64,000 bases of DNA from Podarcis tiliguerta. Taxonomy: Eukaryota. The translations under genes were made by a program, and so were the position numbers. Every line of letters begins with the position of its first letter. The stretch's first letter is position 1. The DNA lies in the NCBI GenBank assembly GCA_965153285.1, contig OZ229112.1; one strand, given 5' to 3'. The notes beneath the pieces are model-generated. The model was given only the letters and a program-made list of their open reading frames with translations. It did not search any database and was not told the DNA's origin. Below are positions 13,801 through 24,551 of this stretch, one piece after another.

Positions 13801-16800
13801 TTCCCATCCCCAAATTTAATGTGTAACTAGATACAGCTGCTTGAACAATATTGGATTAAAAGAAACCACAAGAAATTGCTTCAAAGGGATATCTGGAGTG
13901 TAAAATATAACAAGAACATTTCTTAACCTTTCCGAAAAGCATTGGAAAATGGAAAAAAAAAAACCTCCACCTAGCTTTTGTCACAGTTACTGTGGACAAG
14001 AGGAAGTTTCCCTTGTGTGTACAAAATTGGTGTGTGTGGGGGAGCATGTAGCCTTTTGAATTTGGCCTATTTCCTATCCCACTTCTTCCTTCAGTCTCTT
14101 AGCCGGTAATTTTGCACTCATGAGATCTAAGCAGACAAAATTCCTTGCAGAATTGCTGGAACATAAATATAAGTCACCTATTATGTATAAAGTTATTTAA
14201 TTATCTGAAACATGAATAAAATGAAATTCTAAACTTTTTATACAGTTTAAAAATAAAGGGTCTCAGGTTTGTCAATTATTCCATTTGTATCCATTGACCC
14301 AACACTGGAAGATGTGAGCAAGTTTACTGCATAGTGAACAATTGAATAGAATGCTGCCCATACCCATCTTTTATAGCTCTACAAGTAAAAGCTTGAAAAT
14401 TCAGGAAGGGAACCAGGACTATTGCAGGAGGTGGGGCAGAGAGGTCTTTGCCAAGCCTGCCTCTGGATGTATCCTTGTCTCCCCCTGCTGTTTCTGTTTG
14501 TATTTCTTCCTTAATACTCTTTGTCAATTGGCACTCCCTGATTCCCTTGCTGCAAGTTGTCTTCTGCTCTCTCAAAGCACCTCCTTTCCCAGACCACTCT
14601 CTTCACCAGTCCTGCTCCATGCCCTCCTCAAGTGCTTTTGCTTGGCTGGAATGTGTTTTTGAACTGCGTTGAAATGTATTTTGTTTGCCTGGATGGAGGG
14701 AGATTTGTATGTAGAAAGGCCTGACTTTATTATGCGTAAGAGTCATATGCATTTCCGTGGCCCCTAGGAGGTTCTCCATGAGGGAATGTGCCTTTCAGGC
14801 TTCTTATCCCTGCTGTGGAGGGCATGTAAAGGAAGATCTGACTCAGTCTCAGATCACATGGAGAGTGCCTTAACGCTGTCTTCTGACTAAGTCAAGTGTT
14901 CTGCCATCCTGTGCTGTGACTTATGATTTGCCACTGAGATATTATTGAGAAATCGTACAACGTAGATCCCTTTTACTTCATTCTACACAGTAGACTGAGA
15001 GTTTTTAGATTATTTTTGATCATTGACATATTTCATTCACTTAGGTCGTTCCCTATGCACTTTGATGAAAAATCCATGTTTGCCGGAGATAAAAAAGGGG
15101 CAAAATCTTTAAAGGTAAATACAGTAATACCAGTGAAATGTTTACATAAGCTATGCAAACAAGGCAAAAAGTCTTACTTAAAAACTAGGTGTTAATCTTT
15201 GGGGGGGGGAGTCTATAGGTGTTTTGGGGACAGATGAAATTGGTTTGGTTAGAATATGATTCAGAATAGAGAACTGCTTAGTCTTGACTGTGGCTTCAGC
15301 ATGAGAACTTCTCTAATTTAATTTGAGTAAGACTCCTCACCAAACCCTAACCTACTTCTAAATTCTCACACATTTATGAAGCACTTAAGCAAATTACTAG
15401 AAACATGCTGGATATTCCACTGACCATAAAACTTTGGTACATTGTTGCTAATGGGCTGCATCACTGAACGCGCCCTGTTGGTTTTTTGTTTTAGACTAGT
15501 CATGGTATTTACTTGCCTAATTTTAGCACCGTCACATTACATTTGGAGGTCACAAACAATGGTTCTTTCATTTACCTTAATATGTTGCTGTTTTGCAAAA
15601 CAGTACAGTGGTACCTCAGTTTACGAACTAAATCCGTTCCAGAAGCCCGTTCTTAAACCAAAACCGTTCTTAAACCGAGGTGCACTTTCCCTAATGAGTC
15701 TTCCCGCCGCCGGTACCCTTCCACCGTTTGGATTCTGTTCTTTAGACCGAGGTAAAGTTCTGAAACCAAGACACTATTTCTGGTTTTGCGGAGTTTGTAA
15801 ACCAAATTGTTCTTAAACCGGACTGTTCTTAAACCAAGGTACCACTGTATTAAACATGGTTTATTATTAAAGCAAATCAGAATATTTCCTATAATAACTG
15901 GTATGGTTATGTAATACTGCCCTATCCTAGCCATGATTAGAGGGTTTGGAGTTCCCAGCTGGCTTTATAGTCTCCTAACCTTTCATGTGCAAATTAACCT
16001 TTTCCTTTTCAGAGCTGACAGTGGTTAGTGTAGAAAGTACAGTAACCAGTTTGCAGGCCTTGGTTAGAAGGGGGTTTGTGAACTGCACTTTGAGCTAGTG
16101 AGAGCACCGGTGCAGATTTAACACCACCTGGTGGTTAGTACTGAAAAGAGAAGATGAATTCATACACATGGATGGGGGTTGAGGGGCGAACCCACACTTT
16201 TTATTGTATCTTTAAAAATTATGTTTTGTTTTTATTGGTAGGAAGAATTCAGGTTACATTTCAAGAACATATCCCGCATAATGGACTGTGTTGGATGTGA
16301 TAAGTGCAGGTTATGGGGCAAATTGCAGGTATGTGATTTTTTGGTGAGTTAACATGCTCTGGGGCTGTGAAATGGTCTCCCACGCAAAACCTTCTAACAC
16401 ATTCTTCTGATGCCAGGAGTTTGGGGATCTTGCCTTGCAACCGGCCCAGAACCCTTAGGTTGGGACTCTGCCTTTTGTGGCTGGTTCATATCAGCACAGT
16501 GGTGCATGTCACTACAAAGCCCATATTTATTAGCCTTAGTATGCACTCACATAATTTCAGTCTTTGTTTATACAAAGACTTGTGGCTTGAATTCCAGCTG
16601 CATAAACTGTACTTTGTTGTTGCTTTGAGTACAGTACATAGTCTTACAATGATAGGAATATTTTTAGTAATTATAAAATATAAATCATACCTTGTTGAGA
16701 CTTCTATTCTTTGTATTGCAGTTATATATTCATCAAGAATAATGGAAAAAAGCTGGAAAATAGGGTTTTATTATTTTATTGAGAATGGTTTTATTAATAT

Positions 16801-18608
16801 GAATTGAAAATAAAATGGTGAAGGACTAGGAGACTGCATGTATTACTTTGTGTAAGGTTGGTGGCAGAAAGGCTTTAATTGCTGCATGATAGCTATATAA
16901 AACCTTTCTGTTATCTGTTGGGGGTTTGGGACTAGGAGGTCTGTATTCTTGCTGTTTTACTGTGTTCTTTTAGACTCAAGGTTTAGGAACTGCTTTGAAG
17001 ATCTTATTCTCGGAAAAGGAAATAAAAAACCTTCCTGAAAACAGCCCATCAAAAGGTTTTCAACTGACACGACAAGAAATAGTTGCTCTTCTAAATGCAT
17101 TTGGAAGGCAAGTTATATTTTTACACTTAATTCTTTTATAGCTATGTAGTTATAGGCTATGTATTTTAATTCTTCTGCACCCCCCCCCCCATATCAATCT
17201 GCTACTGGGATCCAACAGAAACCCTTAAAATCCTAGCTTAAAATAAAGCTGTAATTTGATTTCAGAATAACTCCAGTTCAACATTAAATATTGGGCTTAT
17301 AACAGAAGAGAAAACATTAACAAATGAAACATCTAGGTGAAATATTAGGCTCCTAGTGAATGATGGAAGGGGTCCAATGTATTCCAATAGCTGAATGCAG
17401 TGGTGGCGGGTGGGTCTCTTTACCAAAGGACATTACAAATGAGATATCAGTGTTCCAAGTTTACATTGTGAAAGTGTTAACATAAGGATAATTTGGAGCA
17501 GAATTAACCCCCTAAAGTCAAATTACTTCTGGGATCTGGGATCCAATGCTTTGTAATTAGGTTTTTTTTTCTTCTACAAACAAGAATGTAAAGGGGGAGT
17601 TATAAAAAACACCAGTGCTCTAAGTGCTACAACCTAAAAAAAAAAAAAAGCAAAAAATATGTGATACAGGCCAGATACTAATGATGTTGCGCAACATCTA
17701 AGCAAGCAGAATTCTTCCTTCCCTTCCTAAACCAGCTAAAGCATATTTGGGGGACAACAGAGGGTAGGAGAACAGGAACTACTGTTGCACAAGCAGAAAT
17801 CCACTCTGATTGCAGATGGGTATATTTGAATATTGCAATCATTTTTTCTTCCCTATTTAGAGCAGTTGCTGGGACCCCAATTATAGTGGGGTCGTAATTT
17901 CACTTTCCCATTCATTTTAAGAGTAGTATATTAGATTCCTGATAGCTTCATTAAGTTACATGAAGCAGCACATGTTGATGGTTGACCCGATGATTGCTGA
18001 AGAGTACATGGAATAGGAAATGGTTCAGGTTTCCTTTAAAAAAATCTACAAATATTTCAAACAGCTGCTAGGGTTGAATCCACAGCAACCACACTGTTAC
18101 AAAGGTCTCTCCTAGTACGTTTTCAAAAAGAACATTTTTATTTTGATCAAGATACTAAATATATATTAGCCACATACATGAGACCTGCAGTTTCCGCACT
18201 GAGAATAGAAGTTTCAGTGTTCTGGATTTCATCTTCAGTTGCACAGGACACTAATCCTGTTTTATAGCAAAGTATTGATTCACACAAACATTTCAGGTGA
18301 AAAAGTAATAATGAAGTAACTTTTTTTTCAGCATTTTTGGCAAAATGAACCTTTTTCAACGAACACTGTGAGGTTGTATTGCCAGTCATTGTGTCATGAA
18401 AAAGGTACTGGACTGTGAGGAATGAATTAATTTCCAGTGCTCTCAAGGTAGAGACTCTCAAACTAGGGAGTTTAGTGTTTCTAACTTGAGATTGATTACA
18501 ATGTGCAATCTTTTTAATCTCAATCTTTTTTTCCTGCTGCATCACAGGCTTTCCACAAGTATACGAGAACTGCAGAATTTCAAAGCTTTATTACAACAGA
18601 GAAGTTAA
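1762..18608 (+). CDS. ERO1B: ERO1-like protein beta (ER oxidoreductin 1 beta), exons 2-16, 5'-partial
   Basis: join(1762-1881,5455-5538,6202-6243,7004-7086,7877-7950,10015-10135,10224-10270,11693-11704,12364-12390,13342-13434,13543-13789,15045-15114,16242-16328,16974-17107,18548-18608) = 1302 nt, open frame of 433 aa + TAA. Contains the CSIRDC outer active site, the CVGCDKC (CxxCxxC) inner site and the beta-specific extra Cys in HLCANY. Syntenic with GPR137B and NID1. Confidence 0.97.
5455..5538 (+). CDS. ERO1B: ERO1B exon 3
   Basis: [32 protein letters not shown] flanks. Confidence 0.96.
6202..6243 (+). CDS. ERO1B: ERO1B exon 4
   Basis: [14 protein letters not shown]; ttctag|...|gtgagt. 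Confidence 0.94.
7004..7086 (+). CDS. ERO1B: ERO1B exon 5
   Basis: [27 protein letters not shown](S); tgcag|...|gtaagc. Confidence 0.95.
7877..7950 (+). CDS. ERO1B: ERO1B exon 6
   Basis: [24 protein letters not shown]; ccacag|...|gtaaat. Confidence 0.95.
9037..9400 (-). mobile_element. Full-length Sauria SINE (Squam1)
   Basis: On -: GGGACGCGGGTGGCGCTGTGG (A box) ... GGTTCGAATCCCC (B box) ... (ACCTTT)n tail; CpG-rich, so probably young. Confidence 0.9.
9403..9554 (-). mobile_element. 5' half of a Squam3 SINE
   Basis: tRNA-like head GAGCCAGTGTGGTGTAGTGGTT...GGTTCAATTCCCC; nearly identical to the head half of the copy at 53306-53556. Confidence 0.85.
10015..10135 (+). CDS. ERO1B: ERO1B exon 7
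   Basis: [39 protein letters not shown]. Confidence 0.96.
10224..10270 (+). CDS. ERO1B: ERO1B exon 8
   Basis: [15 protein letters not shown]; follows an 88-bp intron. Confidence 0.95.
11693..11704 (+). CDS. ERO1B: ERO1B exon 9 (12-nt microexon)
   Basis: tttttttttcag|GAGAGGATGATG|gtgagt encodes (G)EDD(G), supplying the GEDDG linker. Confidence 0.9.
11787..11958. mobile_element. Tc1/mariner-type MITE
   Basis: TIR C(C/G)GTATTTTTCCAT(C/G)TATAAGA with TA on both sides. Confidence 0.8.
12364..12390 (+). CDS. ERO1B: ERO1B exon 10 (27 nt)
   Basis: tgcag|GAGAATCTTTCTATACATGGCTAGAAG|gtgagc = (G)ESFYTWLE(G). Confidence 0.93.
12467..12591. repeat. Near-perfect palindrome (62-bp arms) in a Penelope-like remnant
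   Basis: 12467-12528 is the reverse complement of 12530-12591 with 1 mismatch and a 1-nt spacer. Confidence 0.95.
13342..13434 (+). CDS. ERO1B: ERO1B exon 11
   Basis: [30 protein letters not shown]. Confidence 0.96.
13543..13789 (+). CDS. ERO1B: ERO1B exon 12
   Basis: [18 protein letters not shown]...[22 protein letters not shown]...EIFRDT; |gtaagt. Confidence 0.96.
15045..15114 (+). CDS. ERO1B: ERO1B exon 13
   Basis: [23 protein letters not shown]. Confidence 0.96.
15606..15847. mobile_element. Tc1/mariner-type MITE, 242 bp
   Basis: TIRs CAGTGGTACCT...AGGTACCACTG, TA TSD, internal GTTCTTAAACC repeats. Confidence 0.85.
16242..16328 (+). CDS. ERO1B: ERO1B exon 14 (CxxCxxC active site)
   Basis: [29 protein letters not shown]. 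Confidence 0.97.
16974..17107 (+). CDS. ERO1B: ERO1B exon 15 (GC donor)
   Basis: [44 protein letters not shown](R); ends GGAAG|gcaagt. Confidence 0.94.
18548..18608 (+). CDS. ERO1B: ERO1B exon 16 coding part
   Basis: cacag|G CTT TCC... [19 protein letters not shown]; TAA 18606-18608. Confidence 0.94.
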
Positions 18609-19868
18609 CGAAGGCTTTTCTACTTAGTGGTGGAAGCAACCATTCATTTGACATTGGGAAAGACAAAATCAATCTTTATACAAACTGTTCTAAGGGGGGG
18701 GGGGATATAATACCAACTTGAATATTTAAGGTAGGAAAGGTTAGTCATTGGACAAAATATTTAAGTATGAAGTACCTAACTTTAAACATGTAAATTATGT
18801 TCATCCTTCCACTGTTCAGTGTGCTTATCTTTGTACATCTCTTGAACCATCATTTGTTATGAACTTTTATTATTTTGTCTATTCAGAGACTCTTGATTTA
18901 CATCAAACTGCACTTACTAAGTCAGGTGATATGGAAAACCTTGCAGTGTTGCTCAAAAATAGCTGGTGGTCATATTTTTAACGTTTGTTTGTATCTGAAG
19001 GACCAGGTGCTGTTAAAAGATTTTCTGTGTTTTGATGTCTGTTAACAGTAGCTGAAATGGCCAGTAAATTTTTACTAAAATAAGCCCCTTGGCACCCAGG
19101 GGAGACCAGCATTCTTTAATCACATTTTGTTTTATTTTTGTACTTGCTTCCTTTCCTCCTCCTTAATTTTCTGTTTCTCCATATCACCGTTGCCTTCTCT
19201 GTGAGGAGACAAGACTGGGTTAACTGTACTCCAGAGTCCCTCAATTCCTGTTATGCGTGTCCACTGAAGGGGCCTTTAGAGTGAAGTGCTGCTAGCTTGA
19301 AATGCTTTGCTCAAGCCTGCTGTTGGCTCTTTACCATGTAGCCAAAACTTCTCTCTCAATTTCTAGAGAGCTAAGAAAAATTTAATTATACCACTTGCAA
19401 TCTTTCAAGATTGACACCCATTCTCCCTGTTCTGGTAAGCCCCGTAATATTTTTGTGAGACTAAAAGCAAAATACTCCTAGACACACACTTTAAAAATAG
19501 TGTCAGTTCTCGAAATTCAGTACTGCATATCCTGCCTATGCAATCTCCCATTTGTACCTTACAAAAAGATACACAATGTCTGTACTAAAACGGGTATGCT
19601 CTGCAGAAATTTGATTCTCGATCATTTCTTGCAAAGGGGACTTCCATTTAGTCACTGCAGAACAATAGCAGAAAACAAGTAATTTTTAAAATTTTAAATA
19701 CAAAGGAAGAGAAGTTCTGTAACGTGCGATGGAGCAGCTGACTTAGAAGCTGTCTGTGATGTAATATTTGTATTTAGTGAGGGATGTTTGAGTACAGCAT
19801 GAATGTCAATGTTGGTACAGTATATAGATTTGTACATAAGTTTTGCTTTGATAAGTAAAATAATCTGA

Positions 19869-20686
19869 ATTAAAATGAATTAAAAGTGCTCTTAAACACT
19901 TCTAATCTAAGTAATCTTTACTGTGGTTTGCGTTTATACAGTTATGTTGCTAGCTTTGTGTTACACCACTCCATAACTTTGCAGCTGAAAATGTGGGAAG
20001 GAACATGAGTGGATGGTTATAGCACTATTTTTGCTCAAAACATTTATATTTTGCTTATAATGAAAGTGCTTTCACAGGAGGCTTTTAATATATAGTTGCT
20101 GTGCCTCATTCATGCATTTTATAGGGTCCCAGACAATGTCACAAGCCAATGGTAATCCTCTCATATTTTCCCATTGCTTTATCCATCTTTTTTTCTTATA
20201 GCAGAAAATCCCTATACCCACAGGTCTCAGGACTTTCCACAGAATAAAATCAGAATATAAAACCACAAAATATATAATGAAAAGAAAAACAACAACCCAA
20301 TAGCACCCCCCCCAAAAAAAACCCCTCACATTTTAAAAGGGCATAGGAGGTCAATCAAATCAACCAAAGGCCTGGTTAAAAAGGAATGTTTTAACAAGAC
20401 TATCAAGCAGAGTAGGTCACACCAGCAAGTTTTCTAGCCAGGTTGTGAAACTGACCCGATCACCTTGTCTGATTAGATCTGGTTGTAGACATGTGTGTGG
20501 TTTGAGGTTTCCCCCTTAGCTTTTGAAGCAGCACAACTCCAAAATCAAAAGTAAACTCAAAGGAAAGTGAGTTTCAAATATTCAGGATTGTAGAAGAATC
20601 TTGAAAATGTTAGTGATCATGGAAACCAGTAGTGAGGCTTCATTTTTCTGGTTAAGACTAGTGAAATATTGACTGCTAGTAATAAA
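19869..20686 (+). terminator. Candidate ERO1B poly(A) signals
   Basis: ATTAAA at 19869 and 19879 (with TGTACATA at 19831 upstream), AATAAA at 20243, and AATAAA at 20681 followed by a GT/T-rich tract. Which one is used cannot be told from sequence. Confidence 0.4.
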
Positions 20687-23661
20687 GTTTGCTGCATTTT
20701 GTTTGAGGTGCACCGAGAAATTCTGAAGACAACCTTCAAGTTGCATAATTTCTGCATCCTAATTTACAATGTTACTGTGCTATCACGGAATACATGCTGG
20801 TCTCCCACAATCCTTGTATCTTCAGCTCTTTCTTGGTGCATGTTTGTTGGAACCTAACAACATGGGCATGAAAATGCTTAAATGCTTGATTGCAAACAGT
20901 TCCTTGCAAAACAAGGTCAAATAAAATGGTGCTCTGTTGGCAGGAGTGGCTTAAATAGACAAGGGTCAAATGTAAGTTCTCCAAATTCAAGTTCAAATAA
21001 ATGTCACTTCTTCCCACTTATGCTACTTTGACTATGGAAAAAGTTGGGGGGTTACATCGGGTAATTTCTTGTCTTTTTGCAAGGAGGTATAATGCTGAAT
21101 CCAAAAAATGATTGTAGTCATTACAAGGCTGAATTGGAAAGTCACTTATGTACAGCTAAGATCACAACGGCTTCTACTGGGTTAACTGGTGGTGAACACA
21201 GGAAGTATGAGTAGTGAACAGGTTTAAGGGTCATGTAGGGAGAAGAGATGTGCAAGGAGAAATCCTCATGGCGATGGAACAATTTGCTTAGTGCTATGTT
21301 GAACACTACCCCATTGTCCACCACCCAAAATTGGGAGTGGATATAGGATCAGTTGGGTGCAGATAAGCAATTGCTGAATGAAGATTACACAGCTGCATCA
21401 ATACACAAGTTGCTGGGCCCCAAAGAGCTAAGGCACAGGTTAATATTTTCATTGCAAGTTTGTAGTGTGATAAGCTGGCAAAAATAGGACCTGGAGGACA
21501 CTGTGACACTCATATTTTCACTTTGCATATGTAATCACCCAGAAAGGTTTTCAATATCTGCACAGGCATAGCAGAGAGGCAAAACTGACAAGTGCCTTTG
21601 GTGCACTTGAAAAATAGCTGTTGCGCTGCAACCCTAAGAGGAAGAATCTGAAAACTGTTTTAACTGCATGAGCATGACAAAAACGAAGTCCGAGGAGTAC
21701 TCTGACCCTCCTTTGTCTGTTTTACATTGTTTGAGAACAGTGGGAGGGGGAGAACAGGAGAAATTTTAGACTGCTCCTAAACTAGTCTAAATCACTCCCT
21801 GCTTTGGGAGCATGTCAGAGTCCTGGAATAGCTTTGGATCCAAGCCATTTCCCAGTTTTTCTGTAGCATGCCCCCCACATCACATTTAGCCCTACTAATG
21901 CTATAGATCTAATATCAGTTTGGCCATTGTATCATAATGGCGGGGTGAGGAATTCAACCTCAGATCTCCCCCTCCGATGTAAGAGTTCTACCTTTAGGCT
22001 GGAGAGGGAGAAATGATTTAGGCTTTGTACACATTACGGACTTTAACTGCAGGTAGGACATTATTTGTCTCAATTCTAATCAAATTTACTTTGGCTGGAA
22101 ATGCAGCATTTCATAAGAAACGACAGGATAGATCTTGCTTGAGGCTTATGTGATGGGAGCCAGTGATGGAAATGCACTGGATGCAGTCTCAATGGGAGTG
22201 TGTACACAGCCTTCTGTGTGCCCCTGGAACTGCTTTTCTAGGGCCATGGGATTTCAGTCTTAATTTACTGAATGTGAGGGGAAGAAAGGGCTGTTTGTAA
22301 CAAAAGTTAGTGGTTTTTATTTGTAGGGCAAATGAGAAGTTTATACCAAAATTGTACTGAATAGTATGGCACACTTGATTGATAAATGCAATGAGAGTCA
22401 GGCTTTTATAGCTTCTAGCCCAGGAAGGCCTCTAAGCTTCCTAGTTTTACTGTCTGCCTTGTAGGCTATCATCGGTGACTTTTGGCACCATGTTTGTTTG
22501 CCTGTTGCAAGTCCTGCAGGCATGGTATAGATGGAGGCGAAGGCGAAGTGAGAGAACAGGCACTTCATGTGACTGTTCTGAGTGGGCTGCAAACATACTG
22601 TTCTTTCTTTGCTAATGAATGTCTCAAGTAATTGACTTCAAAAATGAAGTTCCAAATATACGTGGGCAGCAATTCGATGTACACCTAACTGGAAAATAAA
22701 CTCATTAAATAGTAGCTAGGTTTGGAAACTCAGTAAACACCAGATTCTGCCAGATATATCCCAGTCTACCTGGTTTGGTTCTGGTCCTATTGTGGGGCCC
22801 CGTGTGACTGAAATCAGAACCTGACAATCCTACTGGGCTAAAGCAGGTCTTTCAATTTGTGGGTATAGTTCCCGACCCTGTGCCTGAAGCAAAATGAATT
22901 CTGCAAAAAGCAAATTTGTATAATTTAGATCATAAGAATCATCTTTCCTTGGTGCAGCTTCTTTTGTGAGGATAGGGTAGCTATAACCTTGATATTCTTA
23001 TTTATAGCTGGGCAAAAGCAGGCTCCTATATTGTACCTATTGAGCTTAGTCAACCAAGCCATTTTTACCCACTCACTTCATTTTTTTCAGTTGCTGTGGT
23101 ATACAGGCTACCTATTTGGTCTGCATTCTACTCACTAGATCAAATGAGTAATACTTGAAGTAGATATTAATGAAGGAAGTGGTAACATTTTCTTTAAGAC
23201 TGCATCCTGCTAGGAACAATAATTCCCTTGTTAATACATCTGTTTACCCGTTTACAAAACGTTCTCCCAAATGAGGGACAAAGATTACCCCACCCCATTT
23301 GCCCTCTCTTCTCAAAAATGGGCCTTGCACTTTTCATATGCTGTCTAAAAGTGTCATTGTTCAGATATACAATGTAGTTTGCGCCAATGTACCTGCAACT
23401 TTGAACAGAAAATGTAAATGAAGCCTGGATTACCAATAAAAGGCAAAGAACTGAATTTGGCACCTGATCTTTAGATGGTCACTTGGTGTTCAGCTGACTC
23501 ATGAAAAATATTTGCAGAGCCATGGCTAGTAATTGGAAATGACAAACACAAGTAATAATTAATGTTGGACAGATATCTTATACTGGTAAAAAATGGACTC
23601 TGGACTATATACAGTGATAAATACTAATAAAACTTGGTTTTCTATTAAGACTTGGACAGTG

Positions 23662-23667
23662 TTTATT
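23662..23667 (-). terminator. Candidate GPR137B poly(A) signal
   Basis: TTTATT on + = AATAAA on -, about 770 nt past the GPR137B stop; a second copy sits near 23755. Confidence 0.5.
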
Positions 23668-24439
23668 CTTAAGCTTACATACAGATCTGTTGTTTGCTTA
23701 TATCAAATGATGAACTCCTATCAAATGCTGAGCTCATAGGTATCGTGGAAGCTTTTTATTTTATGTCTATTCTTTCCTCATGGTAGGATCCCAAGAAACC
23801 GAATATAAAATTAGCAGTTTCTCATTAATCACAATTGGCAATACTTACATGTCATCCATTCCATACATGCATCAAGTAATATTAGACTTTTTATAATGAA
23901 CGTTTTGTTAGAACTAGGAGTATTTTTAAAATGTTTTTATATCCACATTGCCAAAATAGTTTGTATGATGGTCACAACTCATCATCATCATCATCATCAT
24001 ATCCTACTGAATACATTACAACATGAGACACAAAACTACTTCTGTACATATAAACAGTGACAATATAAGAAAAGGGCTATAAATTTATAGCAGTAGTTTT
24101 CCAACATAAAAATAGATAATACAGAATACAAATATTTTCTCTTAGGCTGCAGTCTGTAATAACACCTCTGTATTTTGTCTTCATTATAAAAGGAGACACA
24201 GTGACTTCAGTAGGAGTGCTCCTATGTATAATTAAAGTACATGTGCAAATCTTTGCAAGATCACATCCTAAGCAAGACATATTGGAATGAAAATATAATT
24301 ATGGTAAACCTGTATGGTTTAACTAAGTAAACCTATAGCTTGTTTTTACTCCTATGTTTTTCCATGGGCCATGCTATTGCCCCTGTAACTTGTGCCTTAT
24401 TACTGATGTTGATTTTTTTAAATCAACATTGGTTTGGTG

Positions 24440-24551
24440 CTACATAGGGCTTGGTCGTTCTATCACTGTTGTATAATCCTGCTGCAAGGATCCAATGTGA
24501 GGTATAAAGCTGTTGGTTTGATGTCCCCAGTCATAGTAATCGGGGGAGAAA
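24440..24551 (-). CDS. GPR137B: GPR137B exon 7 coding part
   Basis: ttatag|T TTC TCC... [36 protein letters not shown]; TAG 24442-24440. Confidence 0.92.

Noticed and set aside
16367-16807. 146-aa hydrophobic intronic ORF
   Set aside because: Non-ATG start in T-rich intron sequence; no homology recognised
1762-18608. ERO1A as an alternative identity
   Set aside because: HLCANY Cys, the [14 protein letters not shown] linker and GPR137B/NID1 synteny fit ERO1B
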